Below, piece by piece: positions 12,331-23,300 of a stretch of 64,000 nucleotides of DNA. The stretch is taken from NCBI GenBank assembly GCA_010093705.1, contig MU006095.1, forward strand, positions 248,001 through 312,000. The letters run 5' to 3'. The notes beneath the pieces were generated by a model. The model ran no database searches and was not told where the DNA came from. It was given only the letters and a program-made list of their open reading frames with translations. The position numbers and the translations under genes are program-made. Source of the stretch: Patellaria atrata CBS 101060. Its lineage: Eukaryota. The stretch's first letter is position 1. Every line of letters starts with the position of its first letter.

Positions 12331-15068
12331 TCCCTAAGTGCTCTCAGTCGCAGCAAGTTTTGGGATGTCTGATAGAACTTACCACTACATATGCATGCAG
12401 AATGTAGTGTATTCCGTCGACAATCTCCGTAACAGTACCTCTCAACGCCATATTGCTCAGATTTCTGTGGGTGAGAACAGTAGGGTGTAGGTATAAAATT
12501 TTGATTCTCTCCCGGCACGACAGGACTCAGAACTTGTTCTACTGCAGCCAAGCAAATCTTCCCGTGCTCAACATTTCATAGTTCATACCCTTGTGGGGAA
12601 ATTCTACTTGTGTACTAACGGAGACACGGCAGATTTTTCAGACAAAGAAAGTACAAACGGGTGGACACAGCGTAAAATTGAGTTAACAACTAAGGCGCTG
12701 CTGCAGACGTCTTCTCAGACCCGCCCTCGTCTCAAGATGAAACTCAGAAGGAAGTACAAAGCTAGGTATTTTACCTCCCGTCACCAAGTTTGTGATCTTG
12801 AACTAATCTATGATTATTTATAAAACCGCTTTATGGCGCTTCCTATGAAGTAGCCCCCTATTGCCCCTACCCTCTTCTATTCCTAGTTTTCTAAACCTTT
12901 GTGTACATGTACTCATTTAAACCCTAAATCCATGGAGCGATCTAGTCCAACATTTAATGACTGATCCACGCCCTTCTTTGAAAGCGACTGAAGTATTGTT
13001 CCTTGATTCTATCCGTGCTGTGTGCGATGAGAATGAATTATAATAAAAGCTATGTGCGATGGCGGAAGCGAAAAGACGAAGTCGCTGTGGGATAACTCTA
13101 TAAAGTGTAATCATCAACGGCAAACTAGTCTCATGATATTGTCTGAACGAGGAAATACAAAGCCGCTCTTGAGGGCGGAGGGTAGGTTTATCTGCATGTA
13201 CATTCGAAAGGTTAGCGATTCAGACCTGTCATTGGGGTGTGCTGTCTCTACTACTCATGTTCTTTGACTGACTAACGGGTATAACTTCTCCATACCGTCA
13301 TATCTTTAAAAACGGCGATAAGATGAGTACCGATATCTCTTCTAGATACTCAACGAAAGTGTAAATCAGCCTATTCAGTTGCTTTGAAGGCACTTCGGGT
13401 GGATTCAGAAAGAAGATTTGTGGAGTTCTCTAGTGGAAAAAGCGAGATTGGCGTATACAGATCGTCGCTTGGATGTAATTGTGATATTTCCCGTATGTTT
13501 GCACCCCTAGAGCTTGGAGACGATTGCTATGCGTGATAACCTCAGCCAATGGATTGTATCAACCAATTCAGATTCCATGACAACTTGTTCCCTATAGCAT
13601 AAGCAGCGAATAGTTGAGGATTTCCAGCGATTCGATGAAAGTGGTTAGTCGCTCTTCCCTTCGTGACCAAGCTTCCGTTCTTGACCCAAGGATGAAAGAC
13701 AAGCGATAGACTTGCCTTGAGTCTCGATTGCGATTCCTCAATAGTGTCTCTTCCCATAAAAACATCTATCTTTCAACGAAATCTTTCCGAGGAGTCCATT
13801 CTACGATGTAATCCGACTGAGAATCCAAATTTCCCAGTAGTGTAATTCGCGCGTTTAACTGACGGTCAGGATCGTGGAAGGAGAATGTTGGATGTGACCG
13901 TAAATATTTCACTTACTTGACGCACCGTCTGCTTCTTCTGAAAAATAATCATATGAGCAATGAGAAGGGGTCTTGATACCGGTTTCATTTTCCCTCTGAA
14001 GGTCTGGCTGATATGCTCATTGCTGGCCACTGCGAAAGCATGAGTTTCGGACAGCTTGTACTGGACAGTGTCGCGGTTCGGGAATGACAGAGCAAAGAGA
14101 TCTCCAGGAAATCTCTCTAGGAATAAAGACGTAGGTAGTATGCTTTTGACTGTAAAGGAGGACAATATCGTATTCGGTTATCTGGCCGTTCACGAGCCAC
14201 TAGCTTCTGTAGAGAGGTCCTCGACGAGTTTTGGGATTATTGGCCTTGATCCTGCTTATGGTCTTCGAGGCCACAGTCAGTGTACGCACCTGCTTTCGAA
14301 TATCATGTTTCCGTGAACCCAGATAGATCATCCGTATCGAAGAGAGCAGATTCAACTTAGAGTTTCCTATTAACTTTCGTTAAGCTCACCCAGGTGAGGA
14401 TCCTCATGGAGCTACAATGCAGGAGTACAGAGGTTGATTACAACGAATGTTGCCCGTTTCGTACTAGAATGAAGGAAGCGGTATTCAGTTCGATGCCGAT
14501 AAACATTTTACTGCTTTTATAAGAGAAAAGGTAGATTTAGAAATTAGCTGATGGCCATGGAAGCAAGACAGAATGTAACCCAGCGGAACGTCTAAGATTA
14601 TGCGGTGACCCATCTTCAAAGGAGATTGATCCAACATTACCACTTCTGACGCGGAACTGTGCCCGTCCTTTCTTGAAAGCTACAGCTCAAGGTTGTAAGC
14701 CTTGCGACACTGTCAGTCCTTGAATTGTAGTAGATCATGCCGGTCGAAACGGAGTGTATGGCTGCCCGCTTCATCGTGGTCTATGTCTGGCTCATAGTCG
14801 AAGCAGTTGGTGTCGTTTATCCATAGATCCTAAAATGATAGGTTGACAGGACATGTGTGTATGGGACAATCATGACAGCCTAGCGTTAGTAGAGCCACTT
14901 CTCGGGCCATAGTAGTTGCTTAAAGTACCGCGAGAAAGGTGGTAAAGCACTACAAGGTGTGGAGTAAATTGTGTATGCAATGCTAAGTCGAAAATTGAAG
15001 CTGACCGATGGCATAGCATTGGCAGGGCTACCTCTTTTCTTTAGTAACGGAATCGCTCAGCAACCCAT

Positions 15069-15348
15069 TGTCACGGGTTAGACCCGATAGGTATAAGTGC
15101 CTTGGATGATCCAGCGGCTTAGCTATGCTATACTTAAATAGAACAACTTACGTTGTTCTGGCACTTTCTCTTACATTCTTTCCTTAAGTTTAAGCTCCAT
15201 GCATGATCCAGTAGCTTAGTCATGTTGTACTTTAATAGAACAGCTCACGCTGTTCTGATACTCTCTTTTACTTTCTTTCCTTAAGTTTAAGCTTCATGTA
15301 CATACAGCAATATACCTTTCAGCTCTCATCTGAGGTTGAGCCTTGACA
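15069..15348. mobile_element. Solo LTR (280 bp) with 5-bp TSD CCCAT and internal 97-bp tandem duplication
   Basis: Termini TGTCAC...TTGACA; CCCAT at 15064-15068 and 15349-15353; internal repeats start at 15106 and 15203. Confidence 0.85.
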
Positions 15349-17296
15349 CCCATGGGAAAGGTGCCGCGAACAATAGGAGGCATAGTAGATCGCGTTGAAG
15401 CTTGTGGTGTCAAAATAAGCAAAAGTGGAGTCTAGAGGCGAGTGTAGAACTATGGACCGAACCGCTGCCTGTCAAGCCCTGTGCTAGTGTTGCAATGAGT
15501 TTGGGGTTTGCTAGGAGGTGAAAGCTTGGCAGCAACGACAACAATCATGCTCGGTAGCAAAGGTAAATATAGACTGGAATTCAGCAGCCAGCGGGGGGGA
15601 AAATAAAATTCTTGCATTCATGTGGCTTTTAGAAAGAGTTCCCCAGTGAACGGTATCACGAGCAGTCCCTCTCGGGACAGCCTTGACAGCGCAGTGAGAG
15701 AGGAGCATTGCCCACCACATCAGCATAGTCTCCTCTACGACCACTGGAAAGGTAATGGGTATCGCATTCTCTGTCAGCCTGCGTCCTTCTCTTTTCTTAG
15801 ATACTGCACAACACGTCCATACCGTCCGAGCTGGTAGTAGCCTAGACAGGATGAAGAACGTAGACATCGCATAGCGACCAAGTATTAGTACAAAAATGAC
15901 GGAATTTCATTTACATACCATTCGTGTTAATCAGCGCCTTTGTGCATAACTGCTTCGTCCCGTGAATTGCAGCGTGAATTGAAGGGCAAATATGCAAGCT
16001 TGCCCACCTCTGGGGCAACATTATACCCGTCTGGTTCCGCTTACGGAGAAGAAGCACTGCTCCTGCGGCATCTTACGGTTATGCAGCGCGGTGTATGCAG
16101 GAGATTCTATTGATTGGTTTGGGTAGGATGATACTGCGGTATCTTGTTATGACTTCGAAAGGCCTCGACCTCCTAGACTTGCCCATGTACCCGGCTTGAC
16201 CCCTAAGATCTCGTGTTAAAAAGGATTCGCTTTATGGTAAATTCTATAGATAGGTTGGTAACCCATGAAGGGACCTGGGCTATAGTCGAGATACGGCTGG
16301 AAGAGAAATGTTCGTACTTAAGCATCCCCTCGCCTTACTACACTGTGCGCTATCTGGCCAGCTTGCTGGTGTTGAAGAGTTATAGCTCTGAGTGGAGCCA
16401 TCTAATCTACGTATCTGCACTACCTTGAAGTGATGACTAACCCAGTGCTGTAGGGGTCTATCAGAGTGTTGGCAGCTAGGGGAAGGCGATGGCATGACAT
16501 AGATCATAACTATGATCATAGGACTCACCGAAAGTTCTTGAAAAGGCTCCTTGTAGACTGTTACTTGCCTCGAGAGACACTCCCGTCCTTCAGCATAGAC
16601 ATTAAGTGAAGCTATGGGCTCGCAGCCCCCTATCAGAGACCCGTCAGCGAATCACCCCCTGTTGCGCGTTGGTGCAGCGGAGGGCGGTCTACCACTAGTG
16701 CGTCGAGAGGGTTGTATTCTGCCTTCGGTCGGCACACAGAAGTTTTTCTTCTCTTCGGCCACACTCACCTTTTTGATCTCTACAACCTCATCCACGTCCA
16801 CTACCCTCATCCTTTCTAACACCGCGCCATCGTTCCTGAGACTTCATTTTATCAGAGAACAATAAGACATCTTCAACTATGCTCCTCATCTACTTTTTAT
16901 TTTCTTCGTGCGTCGTTTAGGTCGGTCTTGGCATTCTGTGCGGAGATTCGGCCGGAAGTGGTAACATCTCCATCCACAACTCTCTCAACAGTAAGTCTGC
17001 GACTGCATAACTGACGTGTCGAACGTCTAAAAAGGCTGAAGTTACTCGTGAGCTCAATGCTTGCTGGTTTTTCGCCCGAATAGACTAAGTCCGAAGAGGT
17101 CAGCGTCGTGGAGGTCGCGGTGGCGTACGACCAGGTAAGTCAGTCGAACCCCATTTCTTCTTATGCACCAAGCACAATCGAAGCTAGTAATAACTTCAAC
17201 TAACCATAATCGGCATATCATGGCAAGTTCACTCATTCAAGGTGATCACCTAAAAGCAAGTGTAAGCGTCTATCTCCACTGACCCAGCCACATTAG

Positions 17297-17351
17297 TCGA
17301 TGAACGACAGGGGTAACAACTTCAACATTGATTGACACTTACTATTCTGAG
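17297..17351 (+). ncRNA. Candidate box C/D snoRNA
   Basis: Imperfect C box TCGATGA (17297) and D box CTGA (17347-17350), downstream of a GTAAGC donor; short, target not recognised. Confidence 0.3.
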
Positions 17352-18040
17352 CAGCTATGTGAGTGTCAACATTAACACCAAGTAAGTTGTTTCTCCTTTT
17401 CTCTTATCTTTTCTAACAGACGTTGTCGAAATTCACCCACCTTCGCCTTCTGTCGTGCCAGGAGACATGCACCAACCACGAGATATTCCTTTACACTCAA
17501 AGTTATTAAGACCTACCCACAACAAACTGAGGAATGATACTGACTAGCATGAGTCTTCGCAGGTAATCGCCACTAGAACCCAACTATCTTCATGCTTATA
17601 CCTTCTTCAATTGTGCTCCTCAATCACTCAACCCATTCCGTCTCCCTTGCTCTTTCACAAACCACCAACTAACCCATGGATGAACATGGGCCAGATAGTC
17701 TCGCAAGAGCATCACCGTGATTAGGATCGTCTTCGGACATCTTGTGGTCTCATCACTGAAGTCTGATCCGAGACAAATGTCGGCATCTAGAAGGATGTCA
17801 GGGCTTACAGTGACCGCTTGTCTTAAGATATAGACATGTGGTTGTATTATAAGCCTAACATACACTTCGCGACGGGTCCCAATCTTGGTAAGTTAACTGG
17901 TAAGTTAGATTCACTCCTTCACCATTCGAAACATCTGATCAACTACTCCTTTGTGATTTGATTTTGAAACAGAAGGTCACCGAGGCCTTAGGAACTACAC
18001 TCCTAAGCCGACTAGTGAAGACGTGCTCTTTCCACCGTCC

Positions 18041-18175
18041 TCTCCTGTGTCCCACGGCAAGGGAACCGCAAGGGGCCCACCGAATTCTGGGGATGACCGA
18101 GAACAAAACCCTTAATTCTTGAGAAGCACATTCATGAGATCAAAGATGTGCATCTGAACATACAAGGGGACACAC
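18041..18175 (+). ncRNA. Candidate box H/ACA snoRNA
   Basis: Hairpin (tctc..gtccc/gggat..gaga), H box ACAAAA (18103-08), hairpin ccctt..gcacat/atgtgc..aaggg, ACA at 18170-72. Confidence 0.55.
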
Positions 18176-18493
18176 TACTTCAGGGCTGTTGACTCAACAG
18201 AAACTAGCATCCTGCGTCACCACCCACCGCTTGATGTCTTATACAGACCCAAGAGAAATTGGTCAATGCTTGAGCCGATCCTTTTTGGCATGAGCCATTA
18301 GCCAATCCAATATACGTAGGCAGTGAGGCTCGTTCGCATTTGACCCTGTCAATGCAGCTATTGGATACAAGCCATTATACCGAATGGTCATATTTGGCAA
18401 CATCGTAACATTTCGAATTATTGGTCTCCCATTTCCCTCTATTCTTTCCTTTGTAAACTGGTTTATAAAGTGAAGGCTAACAGTCGATAGGGT

Positions 18494-18574
18494 GGGCGAC
18501 GAAATCCGACTCTGCACCTCCAAGTGGTGTCGCCTGGTTACTGGTCTGATTTCCCCAGACTTGCCAACACAGAG
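18494..18574 (+). ncRNA. HDV-like self-cleaving ribozyme fold (near canonical)
   Basis: P1 GGGCGAC/GUCGCCU with G1-U wobble; P2 CUCUG/CAGAG; P3 ACC/GGU; L3 UCCAAGU; P1.1 CC/GG (18536-37); P4 GUCUG/CAGAC; J4/2 GCCAA with putative catalytic C18564. Confidence 0.7.
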
Positions 18575-18772
18575 AGGTCCGAGAGTAGCAATATCGGCGT
18601 GGGCATCGTAAGACACGGAACACCTGTTCTCCCATCAGGTATATCCTCATCGAACCCTTCGCCATTACACGTAAACATTCCCCCTGCACAATCTTTACTT
18701 AGTTAACCACAAGCTCTTAGATGTCGACACACGTATTACCGTTCAATGACCGACACTCTCTTTGATACTGCC

Positions 18773-20396
18773 GGCCAGAGCGAGATTGGACTTATACTCA
18801 AGTGATGAGTTTTTCTTGTTAGGCCAAAACCAAAAGCGTGTCACTACCGTCCCATGGTCAGGAACTTATGTCTTCAATACATTTGCTTCTATTTGTGACA
18901 TGCGACATCTCCAACTCTTTACGGAATAATCGTCAATGAAACGTGGAAATACTGGCGATTTAGTCTACCTAGCACATCCTCCTTTTCAACTGCGTAATTC
19001 TTGCTTGTCTCAGGTAACCTCTTATATCAGCCGGCGATCGGCCACGGCAAGGTTGAGGCTCATATTCCAGTGATAAGTCTTCCTTGTTAGGCCAAAATCA
19101 AAAGCGAGTCACCACCAGACAGGAACTTATGTCTTCAATACATTTGCTTCCATTTGTGACTTGCGACATCTCTGTCTCTTCGTCATTGCGCTGTGGAACC
19201 TTGCTAAGTGGAACATGGGATATAAGAGCCTGATTACTGACTTTTTCTTTTTAGGTCTCTGTCAGCCACGACACGACTGGGACTCATACTTCAAGTGATG
19301 AGTCTTCCTTGTTAGGCCAAAATCAAAAGCGTGTCACTACCGTCCCAGGGTCAGGAACTTATGTCTGCCATACATTTGCGCCTATTTGTGACACGCGACA
19401 TCTTTATCTCTTAGAATATGATTATTAGCGTTTTCTTTCATGTGTTGTCAACCACAACGAGGTAGGAGCTCATACACAAAGTGATGAGCTCTCCTTGTTA
19501 GGCTAAGATCAAAAGCGAGCCAAAGTCAGGAATTTATGTCTCTCCATATGTTTGTTCCATTTCTGACTATCGCGACATGTTTTATTCGAGGGCAGTGGGG
19601 CGCAAGAGGGGGAACTCCAGCAATGCTCAACACCTCAACGTGGTGCTGGAGTCTAGTAACCTTCTGAAGGTGAAGCTAAGATTGAGCCGGCAAGGATAAG
19701 GCGGAGCTTATACTTAAAGTGATAAGTTCTCCTTCTTATGCCGAGCCCAAAAGCCAGTCAAAGTCAGGAACTTATGTCTCCCATACATCTGTTCTATTTG
19801 TGACACGCGACATTGGTAATAAGGGCCGTGGGGCGCAAGAGAAGGAACTCTAGCGATGCTCAACATCTAAACGTGGTGCTGAAGACTAGTAGTCTTCTTT
19901 TGGAGGGGAAGCTAAGATTGAGCTGGTTACAAACAAGTAAGAACCCATCCTCAAAATGATGGACTCAGCTTGTTAGGCCAAATATCAAAAGCGAGCAGAG
20001 TTATAGAGCTTATGTCTCCCGTACATTTGCCTCTTTTAATGACTTACGACATCCATTTAGTATGTTTCGGAACTGTCATCTACAGGGTACCAGCGGAGCT
20101 CAACACCTCAACGTGATGCTGGAGTCTAGTAGCTTTCTTCTGGCGGTGAAGCAAAGATTGAGCTGACCATGATAAGATAGGAGCTCAATGCCTAAAGTGG
20201 ACGATTTCTTCTTATTAGGCCTAGAAAAATAGCGTGTGGGAGTTGAGCTTTTTTCGGTAGGACTCCCGTATCGCATGGCCTGTTCGAGGACAACCATATG
20301 TTTTTCCATGCATATGGACCATTTTTGGATAGGGGCTTCTGGCTTTACAAAGCCGTGCGAGCGGCTCCATCGTAAGGACGAAACACGCCGACATCC
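18773..20396 (+). ncRNA. Tandem array of seven H/ACA-like RNA units (18773-18910, 19040-19171, 19264-19403, 19450-19580, 19685-19815, 19921-20054, 20165-20396)
   Basis: Repeated hairpin - ANANNA - hairpin - cgACAnnn layout with compensatory changes; shared cores cttgttaggcc, caaaagcg, ggaacttatgtc, cgacat. The H box is degenerate in unit 5. Confidence 0.7.
19615..20163 (+). repeat. Three degenerate HDV-like folds (19615-19687, 19848-19923, 20088-20163) alternating with H/ACA-like units
   Basis: P2 GCUCAA/UUGAGC, P3 A(C/U)C/G(G/A)U, L3 U(C/A)AACGU, P1 CUCCAGC/GCUGGAG (best copy), J4/2 GC(U/A)AA; G1 and P1.1 GG are missing. Confidence 0.55.
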
Positions 20397-23300
20397 TTTG
20401 TTAGTCATGAGACGGTCATCCATGGAATCCAGAGGTATCGTATCAGACAACATATGAGCCGACGAGCGTAAACTAGAGAAATTTCCCTCGTTTAATCATG
20501 ATAGAAAGAGAGTGATAAGCCGGGAGTACGTTCTCAAAAGATTTGTCCTTTTCAGGACTCGGAATACCCAAACTTTGCAGATCGTTATCCTGGAACCGGG
20601 GTTCCCAGCCGCTCTTTCCTCACTGTTGTTCCACCAGAGCTGTTCAAGCCGAATGCGATCAAAGTCTTGATGCTAACTTTGATTTTGTGTATTAGGGTTT
20701 CTGATATGATGTATCAATCGGACCGAAATCGATGAGAGATTCCACCGCGGATTGACGATCTAGTAAGACAAAGGTAATGATTTAATGATACGCTTGCTGA
20801 CGGCTGATAGACTTGACCATTTCTGTCTTGGTGTAACCGGACCTGGGTTGACAGCTTGATTTAGATAGGTACAATGTTGGTGTGCTCTTTGTAGTGGACT
20901 GAGACTTGAACTGTTGGTGGATTACAATTGCGGTTTGGGGTTATTGGTCGGCTTATTGTGTCGTACTCGGGGCTCGATGGCTTATTTGTATGTAGTGTAA
21001 TGACGCAGCGAAATAATTGAAGTTGACTGGGTTCTGAGGGGCATGCCAGCCACCTTCTTGTCCACGCCGATTGAAGACCTCTTTAGAGTTTGGATGCCTA
21101 AAGTCACGCCGTCTTTATGTTGACATCTTTAACCTCATAAGCCTTATAACATGCTGATGGTACTGATCCCACATGGCCTCGCCAAGATGAAGATGTTTAG
21201 CTAGGAAAAGCCTTGCATTGAACAGAGAAAAATAGCGGAGAACTTTTCCCTATCTGGACTAATGAAGATTTAGAGTGCGAGCGAGTGGAGGCTTAGTGTG
21301 CTATTGGGCGACGGTCTTCATCCAGTTGATGGCCTTGAAATGTCGACTGTAAGTCATCCTTGTCCTTTTCTCTTAATGTTTCAGCTGGATCATATTTATA
21401 GTGACTATTGACCGATTTTCAGAAATGCGAGGTCTAATTCTTTAATATATCAGCCAGAAAAGAGCGTAAACGTGGTTGTGGATATCATGCGCTGCTTAAG
21501 AGCGTAGTTCCCGTGAGAGTAGGAGTTTCACAGGCGTGAATTTTGTTGTGAGGAGCCGAGCGGAGATGAGATGATCTGCCGGAAAGAATATCTATTGACA
21601 ATTTCCAACATAGGATATCAATCCCGGACGGCCCTAAGATAAGATGTCTCGGTAGAATGTACTTTCAACCTCCGGTCCGCAAGAGCTATCCTAGACTAAA
21701 ATGCAAGGTGTCTGGGTTAGACTCATTACGGATGGTGGATATTATTGATATCCATCACACCGCAGGACAACGTCCGAGTTCGCCAACTTCGGTTGAAGGA
21801 AGCGTAGACAAGAATTCTTTCCGAGTTCGATGAATCACCCATCGTGAGAAGCCTGGTGGAGAGAGACCCTCTCTTAATCTCAGCGGCCTCATTCGAATTT
21901 GAAGAGAAATAAAACTCAATCGTATAAAAGAAGGGCTCGTAATGTCGAGGGTTTCAGGGCCAAAAATGATTTTGTAAATCCATAGGGAAAGGAATACAGG
22001 GGAGTGAATCCGGCCTATCTTGCGGACCAAAAGGTTTTTGGAATCTCATTGTCAACCACAATGCAATGTAAAGGCAGCTTGGACTTTTGGTACGGTCGGT
22101 TGCTTAAGTAGTGTCCCCGTCTATGATAATTGTTAAATCGTAATGAACTGAGGGATGAGGTCGAAATAGCCAGTCGAGTTAAGAATGATAGCATGGATCT
22201 AAGCGAAGTGTGGCTGTCAGCTTTCGTCCCACTATGGCCTAGCTGATGCTAAGGTAAAGACCGAACACCAATCATCGCACTACTCGAAACGAACCGTGAT
22301 GCAGGAGATCAACCCATGAATGCTCGAAAGCAAAGAAAGGACTGTTACGGGTTCGGTTTGGTCGCCTTGAGCGGCATACATTGGCTGAGATACGTGCCAC
22401 TCCGTCAAGGTTCCTCTGTCTATAGAATGTAAATATTGTTGTGTGGGGCATCATCACCTTCACAACGAATCGCCTGCTTTGAGTCCTCTCATACCAGGAA
22501 ATACGTGTGTGATGTTGGATGAAGCATTTACTGGATATTCGCCGCGAAAGGCGTCCCAAACCGTATCGAAAACCAGTCCATTTCTGGTAGAATCTTCATG
22601 CAGCGACAGCAAGGACAGCTAAATGGATAATTAGAATGTTACTTATACCCTGTTATTGTAGTGAGAGACTCAAAAAATGGTGAAGGAGAGAAGAAAAGTA
22701 AGGGTGTGGTTAGTACGATCGGAAGCATGAATTTGCAAGCACAAGTAGTGCTTCCCTCAACGTGTCGTGCACACGAGAATGATTATAATTACCCCCGGAG
22801 CCTCATCATTATGGAGTAATCCTTGTTTAACGACCCCAGTGTAGAATGATTCTAGCATTGCGTTGTGCGCGGATCAAGTGGCGAAGGGTGGTTCTGATGG
22901 AAGACCGGGCCGAACTTGGGAGCAACAACCAAGCCAAGAAGATATAAAGGCTAGCGCGCACCTCTCGACAAGTACAACACGCTTATTGGGACGTAGATCC
23001 ATTAGATCATGAGGTAACAGTTTTGATTCTACTCATCACGATATGAACCCGCTCGAATATCGACTACAGCAAGACCTCTGGATCTATTGATGCACATCTC
23101 AGTGCACGCAAGCCGGAAAAGCGTATTTAATCCGCTAGTATCGCGACCTCTAACTCACTATTGTATTTTATTCATTCCTAAAAGAACCCGTAGAAGTAGT
23201 GATTGTGGAAATTGGCCTGATCGGCGCGTGTCCCTCGCTAATGTAGTTCCCATCCGCATTGTGAACGAACAACTCGCTACCGTATACCGTGAGATAGAGT

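Larger units (their letters stand above)
16900..21620 (+). ncRNA. Putative long non-coding, multi-intron host transcript for structured RNAs (ends approximate)
   Basis: No credible ORF; + strand donors (GTAAGT 16991, 17135, 17382, 17888, 17900; GTAATC 17563; GTAACC 19014) with CTRAC branch sites and YAG acceptors, interleaved with snoRNA-like elements. Confidence 0.55.

Noticed and set aside
13500..14320. Possible decayed gene on the minus strand
   Set aside because: No family motif could be identified.
18773..20230. CRISPR-like repeat/spacer array
   Set aside because: Eukaryotic context, ~130-nt diverged structured repeats, and no cas genes.
20360..20390. GGACGAAAC as a hammerhead ribozyme core
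   Set aside because: No CUGANGA upstream of stem II.
21308..21318. CGACGGTCT antisense to 25S rRNA as a C/D guide
   Set aside because: Only 9 nt and no adjacent D/D' box.
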